From Antechinus flavipes (Eukaryota), in assembly GCF_016432865.1 (NCBI RefSeq), contig NC_067401.1:190340001-190404000 (forward strand): DNA of 64,000 bases, read 5' to 3'. A program made the translations under genes and the position numbers. Below the pieces are notes generated by a model. The model was given only the letters and a program-made list of their open reading frames with translations. It searched no databases and was not told the origin of the DNA. Every line of letters begins with the position of its first letter. The first letter of the stretch is position 1. Below are positions 20,869 to 33,605 of this stretch, piece by piece.

Positions 20869-23800
20869 ATGAAGCTGTTATGGATACTGCTTTGGGTTTC
20901 AAGCCTTTTCACCTTGACTGTACAGGAAGCCAGGTCTTTGGGGAAAACTATCCTTGAGGGTTATGGAAAGTGGGGATGGGATTTCTAATAGCTATGGACC
21001 GATGGGAAGTGGGATCTTGGATGAATGCTGGGCAGGTGGGCTAAATTCTTAGGTAAGGGAGGAAGGAAGATTTGTACTTGTAGGTCATAACCCCTGTTTC
21101 CCCTAGGCTGCTGATCTTTTCACCCTCTGTGGTTCGCCTGGGTGTGCCCCTTTCAGTGGGACTGCAACTCCAGGGAGTCCCAAAGGGGCAGGAAGTCAAG
21201 GGTATTATCTTCCTGAGAAATCCATCAGGGCCCCCAGTGGGGCCTCATTGCTCAGAGGATGTGCCCTTTACCCTGGACTCTGACCATGACTTTGAGCTAC
21301 TTAGTCTCCCGGTAATTGTACCCCCAGCTCACCACTTCATATCAGCCTATCCCCATTTGCTTCTATGGTCTTTTTGTGCCTGCCATCTAGCTGCTCTCTT
21401 TTGTGTTTTTCTTATATGTCATTTATCTCCTTGCTTCTGTTTCTGGTCTTACATCTGTATCTCTGGTCTTCACCTCTTCCTTGGTCTTTGTAAATCTTAT
21501 TCTTACTTGGTCTTTCCATAGCACTGTTCCTCTGTCTCTCTTACTCTTTTCTCTCTGTCTCTGACACTATCCCCATCTACCCTCAGGTCCCATTGATTCA
21601 TGTACAGCGTTGTGGTCTCAATAAGCTTTATGAGTCTCGTTTTGTACAACTTCTGGCTAAGACATCATGGCTGAAAACGACTCTATCTCGACCAACAGAC
21701 ACTCAGGGTGTCAACCTGTTGTTTTCTTCACGTCGGGGTCATCTTTTTCTGCAGACAGACCAGCCCATTTACAACCCTGGCCAGCGTGGTGAGGAGCTCA
21801 TAGATACAATTCCTCCATAGCCAACAAGAAAAATTTATTGCACAGGCATGCCATGTACAGAATAGCTTTTCTTTATTAAAGGGAAAGGATGAGGAGAAAA
21901 TAGAATTCATGGTATCTCTTTTAGTCCACCGACACCTCTATATCTTTTCTTCTAGTGCGATTCCGAGTCTTTGCTCTGGATCAGAATATGAGACCATCCA
22001 CAGATACCTTGACTATTAGGGTTCAAGTGAGTCCTTGACTTCTAACTCCCCTACATTGACCACTTATTTCCAACCTTCTGCTTCTACATTTGTCACTGAA
22101 TCCATCTTCTCCTTTTAGAACTCTCATGGACTCCAAGTACGGAAGAGTGAGATATTTTCTAGAAGATCCATTTTCCAAGATGATTTTGTGATACCTGACA
22201 TCTCAGAGTGAGCTCTTTCTTGAACCCCTTCTCTGTCAGAACACCTCTATATACACTAACTACCTTCTCACTTTCTACCCCTTCCCTCAGACACCTTATT
22301 CTGGATCTCTGGAATTCTGCCTGTTGCATCACCCTTTATGATCTTCACAGCCCCCCATGTTGTCTCCAAATTCCCCCACTGTATATAAGAGCAACATTCT
22401 TGTTGCTTGAAAGTAGATGTCCAAGTGGGAGATTGTGAGGGGAAGGTAATTGGGATGGGGTGGAGATATGGGGGAAAGGAGCTGTAGGTCAGAGACAGCT
22501 CAGAAACTGTGTATATAAGAGCAACAAGTATCCCAACTCTATCCAGTTGGGCTGAGTTTTTTCTGTATTTCTTTTCAGGTCTGGAACCTGGAGGATCTCA
22601 GCTCAATTCTCTGATAGCTTAGATTCCAATAGCAGTACAGAGTTTGAGGTGAAAAAATATGGTAAGAGCTAGAGACTAGGGAGTTGGTGTCCTAAAGGGA
22701 AAGGGTTAGGGATGGATACTGGATCCCAGTGAGAAGGGATATTGTCATTGCTTTTTGACGTTTTCTTCTACTCTCATTTAGTTCTCCCCAACTTTGAAGT
22801 GAAAATCATACCTGAAGAGCCCTATGTGTTGGTAGCTCCTGGTGTTGATATGCAGATCCATCTGAAAGTACAGGCCAAGTAATCTTTTCCTTTATTTCCA
22901 CCTCTCTGTCCTGATCCCAATACAGAATAACTCTTGATATTCTCTGTCCTCTCCTCTCCTCACCTCCTCTGCCCCCTTCCCCAGGATTCTTCCTTTTATT
23001 CTATTTCCCACCCTCCCTCCCCCCCCCCCCCCACAACCTTGGCTTCTTCTAAGCATCCTTTCAATTAAATATCCCTTATCCCTAGGTATGTTTATGGAAA
23101 GTCAGTGCAGGGAGTAGCTTATATTCGATTTGGAGTCTTAGGTGAGCATGGTGAAAAGAAATTTCTTCGAGGACTAGAGAAACAGTCCAAGGTGGGTCTC
23201 AGAGGTCATAAAAGGCACCTGGGGAGGTAATTGGGTAATAGTGGAATTTTTACCACAGGTGCCTGCTCTCTCTTTTGATTTCTTTTCCTCAGTTGTCAGA
23301 TGGGCTCTGTAGCATTACCCTCTCAGGAGCAGAGATCCAGAAGGCATTGAACATCACTACAATGGATAGTCTTCAAGGGTTTCGTCTCTATGTGGCAGCT
23401 GCTGTCATTGAATCTCCTGGTGGGTGACCTCTACCTTACCACTCCACTATGATTCCTGCTTTGGGCATCTGTATATAGTCTCCTCTCCTTTCCTGACTTT
23501 CCTATCTGAGCTCCTTCTTCCAACTGTAGTTAGGAAAGGATAAAGAGACCGTAATCATCTATGTCTTTCTGTTCCCATCTTTCTTCTCTTTTTCTTTGTC
23601 TCTGCATTTTTGCCCCTGACTTCTTATATCTATTTCCATGGACCCAGGAGGAGAGCTAGAAGAAGCTGAACTTACCTCCTTGCGCTTTGTCTCATCTCCA
23701 TTTTCGGTGGATCTCAGTAGCACCCAGCAATATTTCATACCAGGAACCCCTTTCCTGCTACAGGTCATTTCTGGAGGGTGTTGGGAAAAGGGATAGAGAG

Positions 23801-26800
23801 GGAGAATATAAGAGAGATGGGAAAGGTGGTGAAGATAAGTGGGATGGGACAATTTTAATTTCTTTTTCTCTGATTTCTCTTTTACCTTCCCTTAGGGCTT
23901 GGTTCAGGATGTCTCTGACTCTCCAGCCCCTGGTATCCCCATCAAAGTTTCCATCAAATTTATCACCTCAGGTGTTGATTCTAATATCCAGGTTCTTAAC
24001 CTCAATACAGATGAGAGGGGTCAACTCAGCATCCCCATCAATATTCCCCAGGCCACTCAAAAGTTGCAGCTCATGGTGAGAAGGGAGTCAGATACTGGGC
24101 AAGGCAGGAAAAAGTAGGGGCAGGAGGAGGGGAAGCCATGAGTTAGAACCTTATATCACTCAGGAATAAGGTGGAAAGCAGTTGAAGAATCAAATTGCTA
24201 TGTCCCTCTGACCATTCCTTTTATTGCTTCCTCCCAGGTATCTGCGGGATCCCCTTTCCCAGCAGAAGCCACCATTATTGCCCATGCTCCACCTTCTGGA
24301 GGCCCTGGGCTCTTGTCCATGGAGCGGCTGGATTCCAGGCCTCCCCGTGTGGGACAGACATTCACTCTAAATCTTCATGCTGTGGGAATTGATGGTGCTG
24401 CTTTCTCCCATTACTACTACATGGTGAGGACAGGCCAGTAAGCACAGGATTGTTGGAGCAAAAATCAGGGCAGAGACAGTGAGGAATACAGGAGGATAGA
24501 AAGGAAGCTCCTTTCAGATCCTTGTGTCTCATCAACTACTATGATACTCCCAGGTCTTGTCACGTGGAGAGATCAAGTCTGTGCATCGAGTGGTAAAAGG
24601 AGCTGTGACTTCTATCTCTGTTCCTGTAACCTCCCATCTTGTACCTTCTTTCCGCGTCATTGCCTTCTATTACCACAATGGTCTGCCAGTCGCCAACTCC
24701 TTGAAAGTAGATGTCCAAGTGGGAGATTGTGAGGGGAAGGTAATTGGGATGGGAAGGAGATATGGGAGAAAGGAGCTGTAGGTCAAAGACAGCTCAGAAA
24801 ATGTGAAAAATAAGGACCAACTTCTTTCCAATAATGTCCTGCCTTGTTTTTTTCTCCTCTATTCTTAGCTGGAAATGAAAGTGGAGAGGGGAGATCTTCG
24901 ACCTGGGGAGCAGCTGAGACTAAATTTATACACAGATTCCTCAGCCATTGTAGCTCTGGGGGCTGTGGATACTGCAGTGTATGCAGCAGGTGGCCAGAAA
25001 CACAGCCTTCTCCATATGAACAAGGTTGGAATCCTAGTCGCCAGAGTCTCTTCTTTCTCATCTCTTATGTTCCTCAAACCCCTTAATCACTTTGTTCCTC
25101 TTCTTTCCTTTCAGAAATCCTATTTCAATTCCTCTTCAGATTTCACCCTTTTCTGTGGACCTATTCCACATGTTCAATACTCTTTCTCTCACAGCAACCC
25201 TCCTTTTTCTGTTTTCCCTACTTCCATTTGTCACCAAGTTCCCTCTTTCTCCTTTTCCCTCAGTTTTTGTTTACTCTTCTCCCTCCTGTTTGCCCTTCAG
25301 TTACCACGTCCTGGAGTATTTCTTGTCTTTCTTCCCTCAGGTCTTCACTGCCATGAACAGTTATGACCTGGGTTGTGGTCCTGGGGGTGAGATCAATGCT
25401 CTCGAGGTTTTTGAGTCCGCTGGTTTGATGTTTTCAGATGGATACAAGCGGACCTCACCCAGGAAAAGTACGAACAGAGTTTTTTGGTGGGGGTAGGTGG
25501 GTAGGAAGAATTAAAAGTAAGAATGGAGAAAAGGAGTAGAATGGAGGGAAAATGGAGGGAGGTGAGATAGTATGGGATAGCACTGGTCTGGGAGGCTGTT
25601 AACAAACTGAGTGACCTTGAGTTTTCTCTCTGGTCTTTACTCTGCTTATCTGTAAAATTAGGAAATAAGAATGAGTTATCTTTAAGATCCTTTTCAAAGT
25701 TTGATACTCTGGGATTAAGAGAACCCGAAGAAGAAAGGAAAAGGGGTGGATCGGAAAAGAATGGAAATAGTTTTATGTAAGAAATGGAAGGAAAGGACAT
25801 GGGATCTATGTGACTAGGCCTCCATCCTTTTATAATTTACTACTGTAGACCTGAGATGCAAGGAAAATAAAAGCCGAAAAAGAAGAAATGTGGATTTCCA
25901 GAAGGCAATTCTTCAGAAGAGTGAGTGACAAGACTAGAACCAGAACCATATCTGTGTCTGATGGTGGGGGGCTATTTCCAGTGAACATTCTTCCACTGCC
26001 CACAGTGAATCAATATGTTGGTCAAGTCAAGCACTGCTGCAAAGATGGGATGACACCATTGCCGATGCGTCGATCCTGCAGAGAACGAATGACCAGAGTA
26101 CCAGAACCTACTTGCCGTGAGGCCTTCCTGTCCTGCTGCCAATTTGCTGAAGAGCTTCGTAAAAAGACCCGCATTAGGGGCAGCATGGGGCTTGCCCGAG
26201 GTAACAGTTATGGGTATTGGTTATGGCCTGAGTGGGTATTCAGTGAGGAGTGCTATTTATAACTTTTTTCATTCATCCCAGCCCAGGATATGTGGAACGA
26301 GGAAGAAGAACTGCTCGTTGAAGATGATATCCTCGTCCGGAGTTATTTCCCCGAGAACTGGCTCTGGTCCCTGTTGACAGTAGACAAAGTTAAAAAGTAA
26401 GGAGACCAGGAAGACATTTCAGATGCCTCCCCCCAAAAAACACCACACCCCTTGGGAACCCCAGCATCCAGTTCCCAGATTTGATAGTTGTTCTTTATGC
26501 TCCTTCAACACAGGGTTTTTGAGTATGTCCCTGATTCTCTGACCACATGGGAAATCCATGCTGTGAGCCTTTCCCAGACAAAAGGTGACAGCAATACTCC
26601 TACTCATCCGTTCTTTTTTGCTCTCTCCCATCTTATTCCCTTTTCTTAATATCATCTTTACATGGAGTTTTGTGTCCTTTAGAGTATTCTGCTGATTATC
26701 TTGTGGTTTCCCAAGGACTAGCTCCCTGGGATCTTTCACTTTTCCCATTGGAAAGAAAGTTGGGAGAAAAGGGAGGGGAAATTCTGCTAGTTGGTCTTGA

Positions 26801-29800
26801 AGCCCTGGGGCCACCTTGAAGAAAGGGAGTGTCTGGGAGCTTTGTAAGCACCTCCATTAGAGTTGTGGTGGGACAGGTCCCTTCCTGTGTTTCCCCAACT
26901 TTTCCTGTGCTGGACCTACCTCCTAATGATTCATTTGCTCTTTTCTTTATTGTTTTTCTGCTCCTCTAAATGTATCATGCTTCCATGTGTCTCCACTCTC
27001 ATTGATCCCTCTGACTCATTCCTCCAACCAGGTCTTTGTGTGGCTCAACCTGTTCAGGTTAAAGTTTTCCAAGAATTCCACTTACATCTTCGCCTTCCCC
27101 ACTCTGTACGAAGATTTGAGCAGTTAGAGCTTCGACCTGTCATCTATAACTACCTGAACAAGAATCTGTCTGTGAGATCTTGTGGGGAGTGGGAGAAGCA
27201 AGTGAGGAACTGAAAGGAGAGGGATATTTGGTTCCCATGATTCTCTTCATTCCTTCTTCCTGTCACTACCACCTCTTGCCAGGTGAATGTCCAGGTGTCT
27301 CCTGTGGAAGGGCTGTGCCTGGCTGGTGGTGGCGGCAGAATGATAAAGTTGGAAGTGCCTGCTATCTCAGCACGGCCTGTCTCCTTTCCTGTTGTGCCCA
27401 CGGCTGCTGCTGCTGTGTCCCTGAAGGTCATGGCCCAGGGACCTTTTGGAATTGGAGATGCTGTGGCTAAAGTTCTACACATTGAGGTGAGAGTTGGGAC
27501 CCCTGACCCATCATCCAACCTTACCTACCTATCAGATTTCTTCCTCAAACCTATTCCCAAGTCTCCAACTTGAAACCCCACTTCCCTTTCAAATCATCTT
27601 ACTTTCCTTTCTCATGTGACCAATCTCTCAAACCTTCTGCCTGGACCTCCTATTTATTCCTAAATCCTGACCAACAGCTCCTTTTCCTCTTTGCTGTATC
27701 TGTATTCTCCCCTACCCTTCAGAAGTCTTTGCAGCCCAAACCCTGGAAATAGGAGTTGAGGATAGTCTGAATTATAGAGATAGATCAGGCCTTTTCTCCT
27801 TGGCTTTTGAGTGATCACCTTTGCTTTCCCTTCACCTGGATAGAGAGAAGGAGCAGTTCAGATTAAGGAGTATGCCTACAAGCTGAATCCTTTAGGTAAG
27901 TGGTTCCCTTAGACTCTTCTCCCTAGGGTTCATGCCTCATTTCTTGGTCCCCTACTAATGTCCCTCTCACTTCAGAATATATATGCATAAGGAGTAAGAT
28001 TTGAGGGGGAATATTTCAGAATCCCCAAGAATGGTAGAATGGGGGGGGAGGCAGCTAGGTGGCGCAATAGATAGAGCACAAGCCCTGAAATCAGGAGGAC
28101 CTGAGTTCAAATCTGGTATCAGACACTTAACACTTCCTGTGACCCTGGACAAGTCACTTAACCCCAATTGTCTCAGTTAAAAAAAAAAAAAAAGAATGGG
28201 AGAATGTGATATGACCCTTTCCAGATCTCTGACTCTTTACTTCTCTTCAGATTCCCGTGGCCGGTCCTTTGATATTCCTGGGGAGAACCCATCCAATATT
28301 ATCCCTGATGGAGACTTCAGTAGTATTGTTCGTGTTACAGGTAGTTAGTTCTGTTGACTCCAGATCCCCAGGTTGCTTGAACCTCCAGTTCATTTTGTTC
28401 CCCTTACTCTGATTTTACTCTGATTCCTGTTGATGTTCCCCTTTGCCATTCCTATGGCCTCTAATCCCACAGTAATCTCATGACCCTTCTGTCCTTTCTA
28501 GCCTTTCATTTTGAAGACTTAAGTCATGGATTTTTTTCTCTTTTGTTCCATGTAGCCTCTGAACCCATGGAGACCCTGGGCTCTGGGGGAGCCCTGTCCC
28601 CAGGAGGGCTAGGGTCTTTGCTGAGGGTGCCTCAGGGCTGTGCAGAACAAACCATGATCTACCTGTCCCCCACACTTGCTGCTTCCCGTTATTTGGACAA
28701 GACCGAGCAGTGGGGGAAGCTTCCTCCTGAGATGAAAGACCGTGCAACAGATCTCATCCAGAAAGGTGTGAAATAGAAGTAGGGAGAGGGGAAATAGGTG
28801 GGTAAAGGTCAGTTTATTTGGGAGGGCACAAGATAAGAGAAAATGGAAAAAGAAGAACCTTGGGATATGACAGTTGGAGAAACAGAGAATCCAAAAACAT
28901 CGTTGGGGAGTTGGAGAGTGGGAAGAGACAGAAGGTAGAATGGAAACCAGCAGCTCTTTTTCCCTCCCAAGGCTATGCTCGTATCTTGCAATTCAGAAAA
29001 AAAGATGGTTCCTATGGAGCTTGGTTACACCGGGATAGCAGCACTTGGTGAGATGGACCACCAGAAAAGTTGCAATATCTAGAGTAGGGGAGAGATTTGG
29101 GCAGGACAACAACATTTCACAGTGAGTGAGAACCAGATAATATGGGAGACTGTGATGACTCATACTTCCCCTTTTCCTAGGCTCACAGCTTTTGTCCTTA
29201 AAGTGCTCAGCATAGCCCAGGAGCAAGTGGGTGGCTCTCTGGAAGAGCTGAGGGAGACAGTCCAGTGGCTTCTGACAAATCAGCTTGGAGATGGTTCTTT
29301 CCAGGACCCTTGTCCAGTCATCCATAGAGATATGCAGGTGCTGGGTTCAGGAGTGAGGTGGAGAAAAAGGGAGAGGAAAAGTTTGGTTTCTGGGTGAGGG
29401 TGGGAGGAAATTGTCAAATCTGCTTAAGGGGAAGGACAAAGAAGGCTCTTCCCCTGTCCCATGTAGTGATCTCTTATTGTTTCCTTTGATTTTTTCTTCC
29501 AGGGTGGCCTAGTGGGACCTGATGAGTCGGTGGCCCTAACTGCCTTTGTAGTTGTGGCCCTCCAGCACAGTTTCACTGCCTTCCATACTTCTGAGGATGA
29601 TCCTGACAAGGAGAGAGTGGAAGAGATGCTGCAGAGAGTGGTAAATACAGCGCTCATTTTCCTTGCCCCTCTCTCTCCCCCCCCCCCCCCCATCTGCCAG
29701 CTTCCCAACTCTTCCCTGAAAATCCTATTTCCAGAATTCAAGGAGTCTTTTTTTCCCTAGAAAGCCTCTATTTCACGAGCAGACTCATTCCTGGTGGCAA

Positions 29801-32800
29801 AGGCAACTGCTGGGCTCCTGGGATCTCATGCAGCCGCCATTACAGCCTATGCCCTGACCCTGACTAAGGCCCCCGAAGCTGATCAGAATCTTGCCCATAA
29901 CAATATTATGACCATGGCACAAGAAGAAGGAGGTAAATGTCTAAGGACCCAGTCATGACCCTGGGAGCTAATAGATGGATCTGAGCTCTTGTGTTGAAAG
30001 GAAAGAAAGGAGGAAAAGAAGGAAGGAAAGAAAGAAGGAGTACCTAGTGGGTGCCAGGTATTGTGCTAATATCATCTCATTTGGTCCTTATAGCAACCCT
30101 TTGAGTTATGGATTCTTTCATTCCCATCTTACAGATGAGCAGCAAATAGAGATTAAGTGATTTGCTCAGGATTATACTAGTAAGTGGCTGAGGTCACATT
30201 TGAACTTAGGTCTTCCTGACTCAGTATGACTCCTAGCAGTCAGAGCAGTGATCCACTTACAACACCTAGCTGCCTAGAAAATTGAATCCAGCATGACAGG
30301 ATTTCAAGGTTTGTGATAGGAGAAGCGAAGGCTAGGAAGGAATCAGGATGTAGAGGAAGATAAAAGAAGAATTACAAGATTTCAGAATGAACAAGGGAAG
30401 AGACAAGGTTTTAGGCCTAAAAAGAATAGCAGGCCACTCTTGGGGATAAAATAAAAAGCTACAAAAAAGAGAATTCTGGGATAAGGAGGCATGAGCATTG
30501 TGATTATATTTCTGACTCTGTGACTATTCCTTTTTCTGTTTCACTTTTTCCCTCTCTGCTTTTATCTTCCTTATACCTCATAGACGATTTATACTGGGGT
30601 CCAGTTGCTGGGTCTCAAAATAATGCTATCTTACCAACTCCAAGTGCCAGTGGTGGCCCCTCACAGCCCACTCCCCTGGCTCCGGCCCTGTGGGTAGAAA
30701 CAACAGCCTATGTGTTGCTCCATCTCCTTTTGCGAGAGGGGAAGGCTGAGTTGGCTGATCAGGCTGCAAACTGGCTAACTCACCAGGCGAGCTTCCAAGG
30801 GGGATTCCGCAGTACTCAGGTATAGGGGACACTGAATGCAGGGTCCTGGGGAGTAATTGGGGAGGGAGGCAGAGAGGAAGCAGATTCCCATAAGCTCTGG
30901 ACTAGAGAATGATGTGAACTTTTCCAGGACACAGTAGTTGCTCTGGATGCCCTATCTGAGTACTGGATTGCCAGCCATACGCCCACAAAGACCACACTAA
31001 ATGTGACTCTGAGCAGTCAGAATCGCCAAGGAACTAAAGCCCACATCATTAAATTAAACAACCATCAAACATCAGGGATACAAGAGGATCTACAGGTGAT
31101 AAGCCTTTGGATTTGGCCATGGAGACTATTGGGGACTGGGGCCTTAAAAGTGAGCCTAAAGATACTGGCTCTCACCTGTGCCTCATCTAGCTATAGCTCC
31201 TGACCTGCACAACTTCAGAGCAGAGAGGGCTTAGTTGCTCCTAGGGAATGGGGGTGAGGACAGGGGCACTTATATAGTTCCTATTCTCTTCTCCCCCCAC
31301 TTTCTAGATATCCTTGTTTTCTTTCCCCCTTAGCATCTCCCTCTCTTAGCTAATTTCCCTCCCACTAAAGAGGGAATGGGTTGAATAATGGGCCAAAAGC
31401 TTCTCTTTTCTCATTTGATATGTTTCTCTCTTCTTACTCTCCAAAAGTTCCCCTTGGGCAGCAAGATCACTGTGAAGGTGGGAGGAAGCGGCAAAGGGAC
31501 CTTAAAGGTGAGAACTGGAGAGGCTGGTGGGCCAGAAAGATGATCTGTGATTAGGAGAATTAGAGTTGACTTAACTGCTTTCTTTGTATTCCTTACACTT
31601 AGCACAATGCTTTACACATTTTAAGTACTTAATAAATGTTTGTTGATCAACTTACTGACTTCCTGAAAGGTGAGGAGGGAAATCCTATTTATCCAGAAAG
31701 GGAAAGGACACCAAAGACCTCTCAATTCAAGGCAAAACACTTCATCTTAGAGCTGGTAATGTGTAGTCTAATCAACTGTTTCATGGAGAAGCTCTATAGA
31801 ATGAACTGAGTAGGAGAAGCTAGTAATGTATCCAAAATAGGATGAAGAATAGGGACAGAATGATTCTGATTTCTCCCCTTGCCCTCCAAATAAAATCAAA
31901 ATCAAAACTCTTCTCCCTTCCCAAGATTCTACATAAATTCAACATCCTGGAGGAGAAAAATACAACTTGTAAAGACTTCAGGCTGGAAGTGATAGTCACA
32001 GGCTCTGTCCAATATTCAGGTGAATGCAGGGTCAGAGGGGGTCTGTATATTTGGGTCCCTGAGGGAAGTGGGAATTAGGGAACAAGACACTTGGATCCCT
32101 TCTCATGTCCATGTTCCAATGCTAGAGGAATCTGATGATGACTATGAATACTATGAGGAAGAGCCCCAACTTAGGGATGACCCAAGTCCCTTGGTGTCTC
32201 CTGTGACACCTCTGCATCTATTTGAGGGTCGTCGGAACCGCAGAAAGAGGGAAGCACCCAAGGCAGGAGATGAGAAGGAGCAGAAAGTGCATTATGAAGT
32301 ATGCATCTGGTAAGTGCTTGCAGGTTGGAAGTACTTGAGGGAGATGAGAGCTTGAAGATGAAGCCAGGGACTGGATAATCAGATGCCTATATCCCAGGGT
32401 AGTAAATAGGAGGACAGCTGGCGGACTAACTGGGAGGTGGATTTTTGAGTCAAGGGTTGAACTTCTGGGTCAGTAGAAGCTGGAGTCAAAAGTATCTCTC
32501 CTCAAAGGCGAAGTGATGGAGTCAGATTCCCTGGAATGGCTATCGTAGACATCACCCTGCTGAGTGGATTCCATGCCCTACACAGTGATCTAGAAAAGGT
32601 AGGATTGTTGTTCTTCCTTCCCAGTTGGGTCATTGTTAATCTTGTTATCTCTGGAATCCTAGGTTTTTGGTTCACATTTTATTTCTGACACTTACCTATG
32701 TGACCTTGACCTATTCCTTTACATTCCCTGTGGCTCATTTATAAAATGAAGGGATTGAATTAAGATGGTCTCTGAGTAGTCTTTCAGCTCTCAACAGATC

Positions 32801-33125
32801 TTACCTTCTGTGACCTTCCAGTTGCTTTCAGACATCCAAGAATTCAGGTCCCTTTTGTCTGTCTAGACTCAGCTATCTCAATTTCTACAACTAATTATTA
32901 TTCTTGTCTAGATGAGGCAATTATGCTAGGTACTGTTCTTGTTCCCATTTTCTACTTCAATCGCTTTGGTCCTTTGGGTGGGAAGTTCTGTGGTGTTTTT
33001 TTCCTTGACCTCTGTTTTTTCTTTCTAGTTGACATCACTCTCGGATCGTTACGTGAGTCACTTTGAGACCCAGGGACCCCATGTCCTGCTGTACTTCGAT
33101 TCGGTGAGAGAGAGAGAGAGGAGAG

Positions 33126-33185
<60 letters not shown>

Positions 33186-33547
33186 GCAAAACTCCAAGGT
33201 GGCCTTCCACCAAAATCCCTCCTTCCCTTCCCACCCCATTTCTTTTCATAGCATCTTCTCTGATCCTGTTACACACACACACACACACACACACACACTT
33301 AATTACTTCCTCTTTTATCTTGCATACAGCATGTTTTGTACAAAGCTATTTGCTTATTGTCTTCCTTGTCAGACTGTAAGCTTCTAGAGGGCAGGAACTA
33401 TCTTTTTGTATCCAAAATGCCTGGCACATAGTAGGAACTTAATGTTTACTAACACACAAAATGCTTTTTTTGCCTCCTTCTTTAATATCTTTTCATTAGT
33501 CTTACTAGACCTCAACATTTCCCCAATCTCTAGTTCCATTACCCTAT

Positions 33548-33605
<58 letters not shown>

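Noticed and set aside
25612-32712. Perfect SF-1 sites TGACCTTGA at 25612 and 32701
   Set aside because: Both sit in MIR/CORE-SINE-derived sequence (tgtgaccttg...), where this motif arises very commonly. Not distinctive without functional data.
17296-33605. Pairs of near-identical short ORFs (e.g. 17104-17343 + and 33384-33605 -) with HT/CV runs
   Set aside because: These are translations of microsatellites and of the duplicated STK19 intron, not genes. They were used only as corroboration of the inverted duplication.
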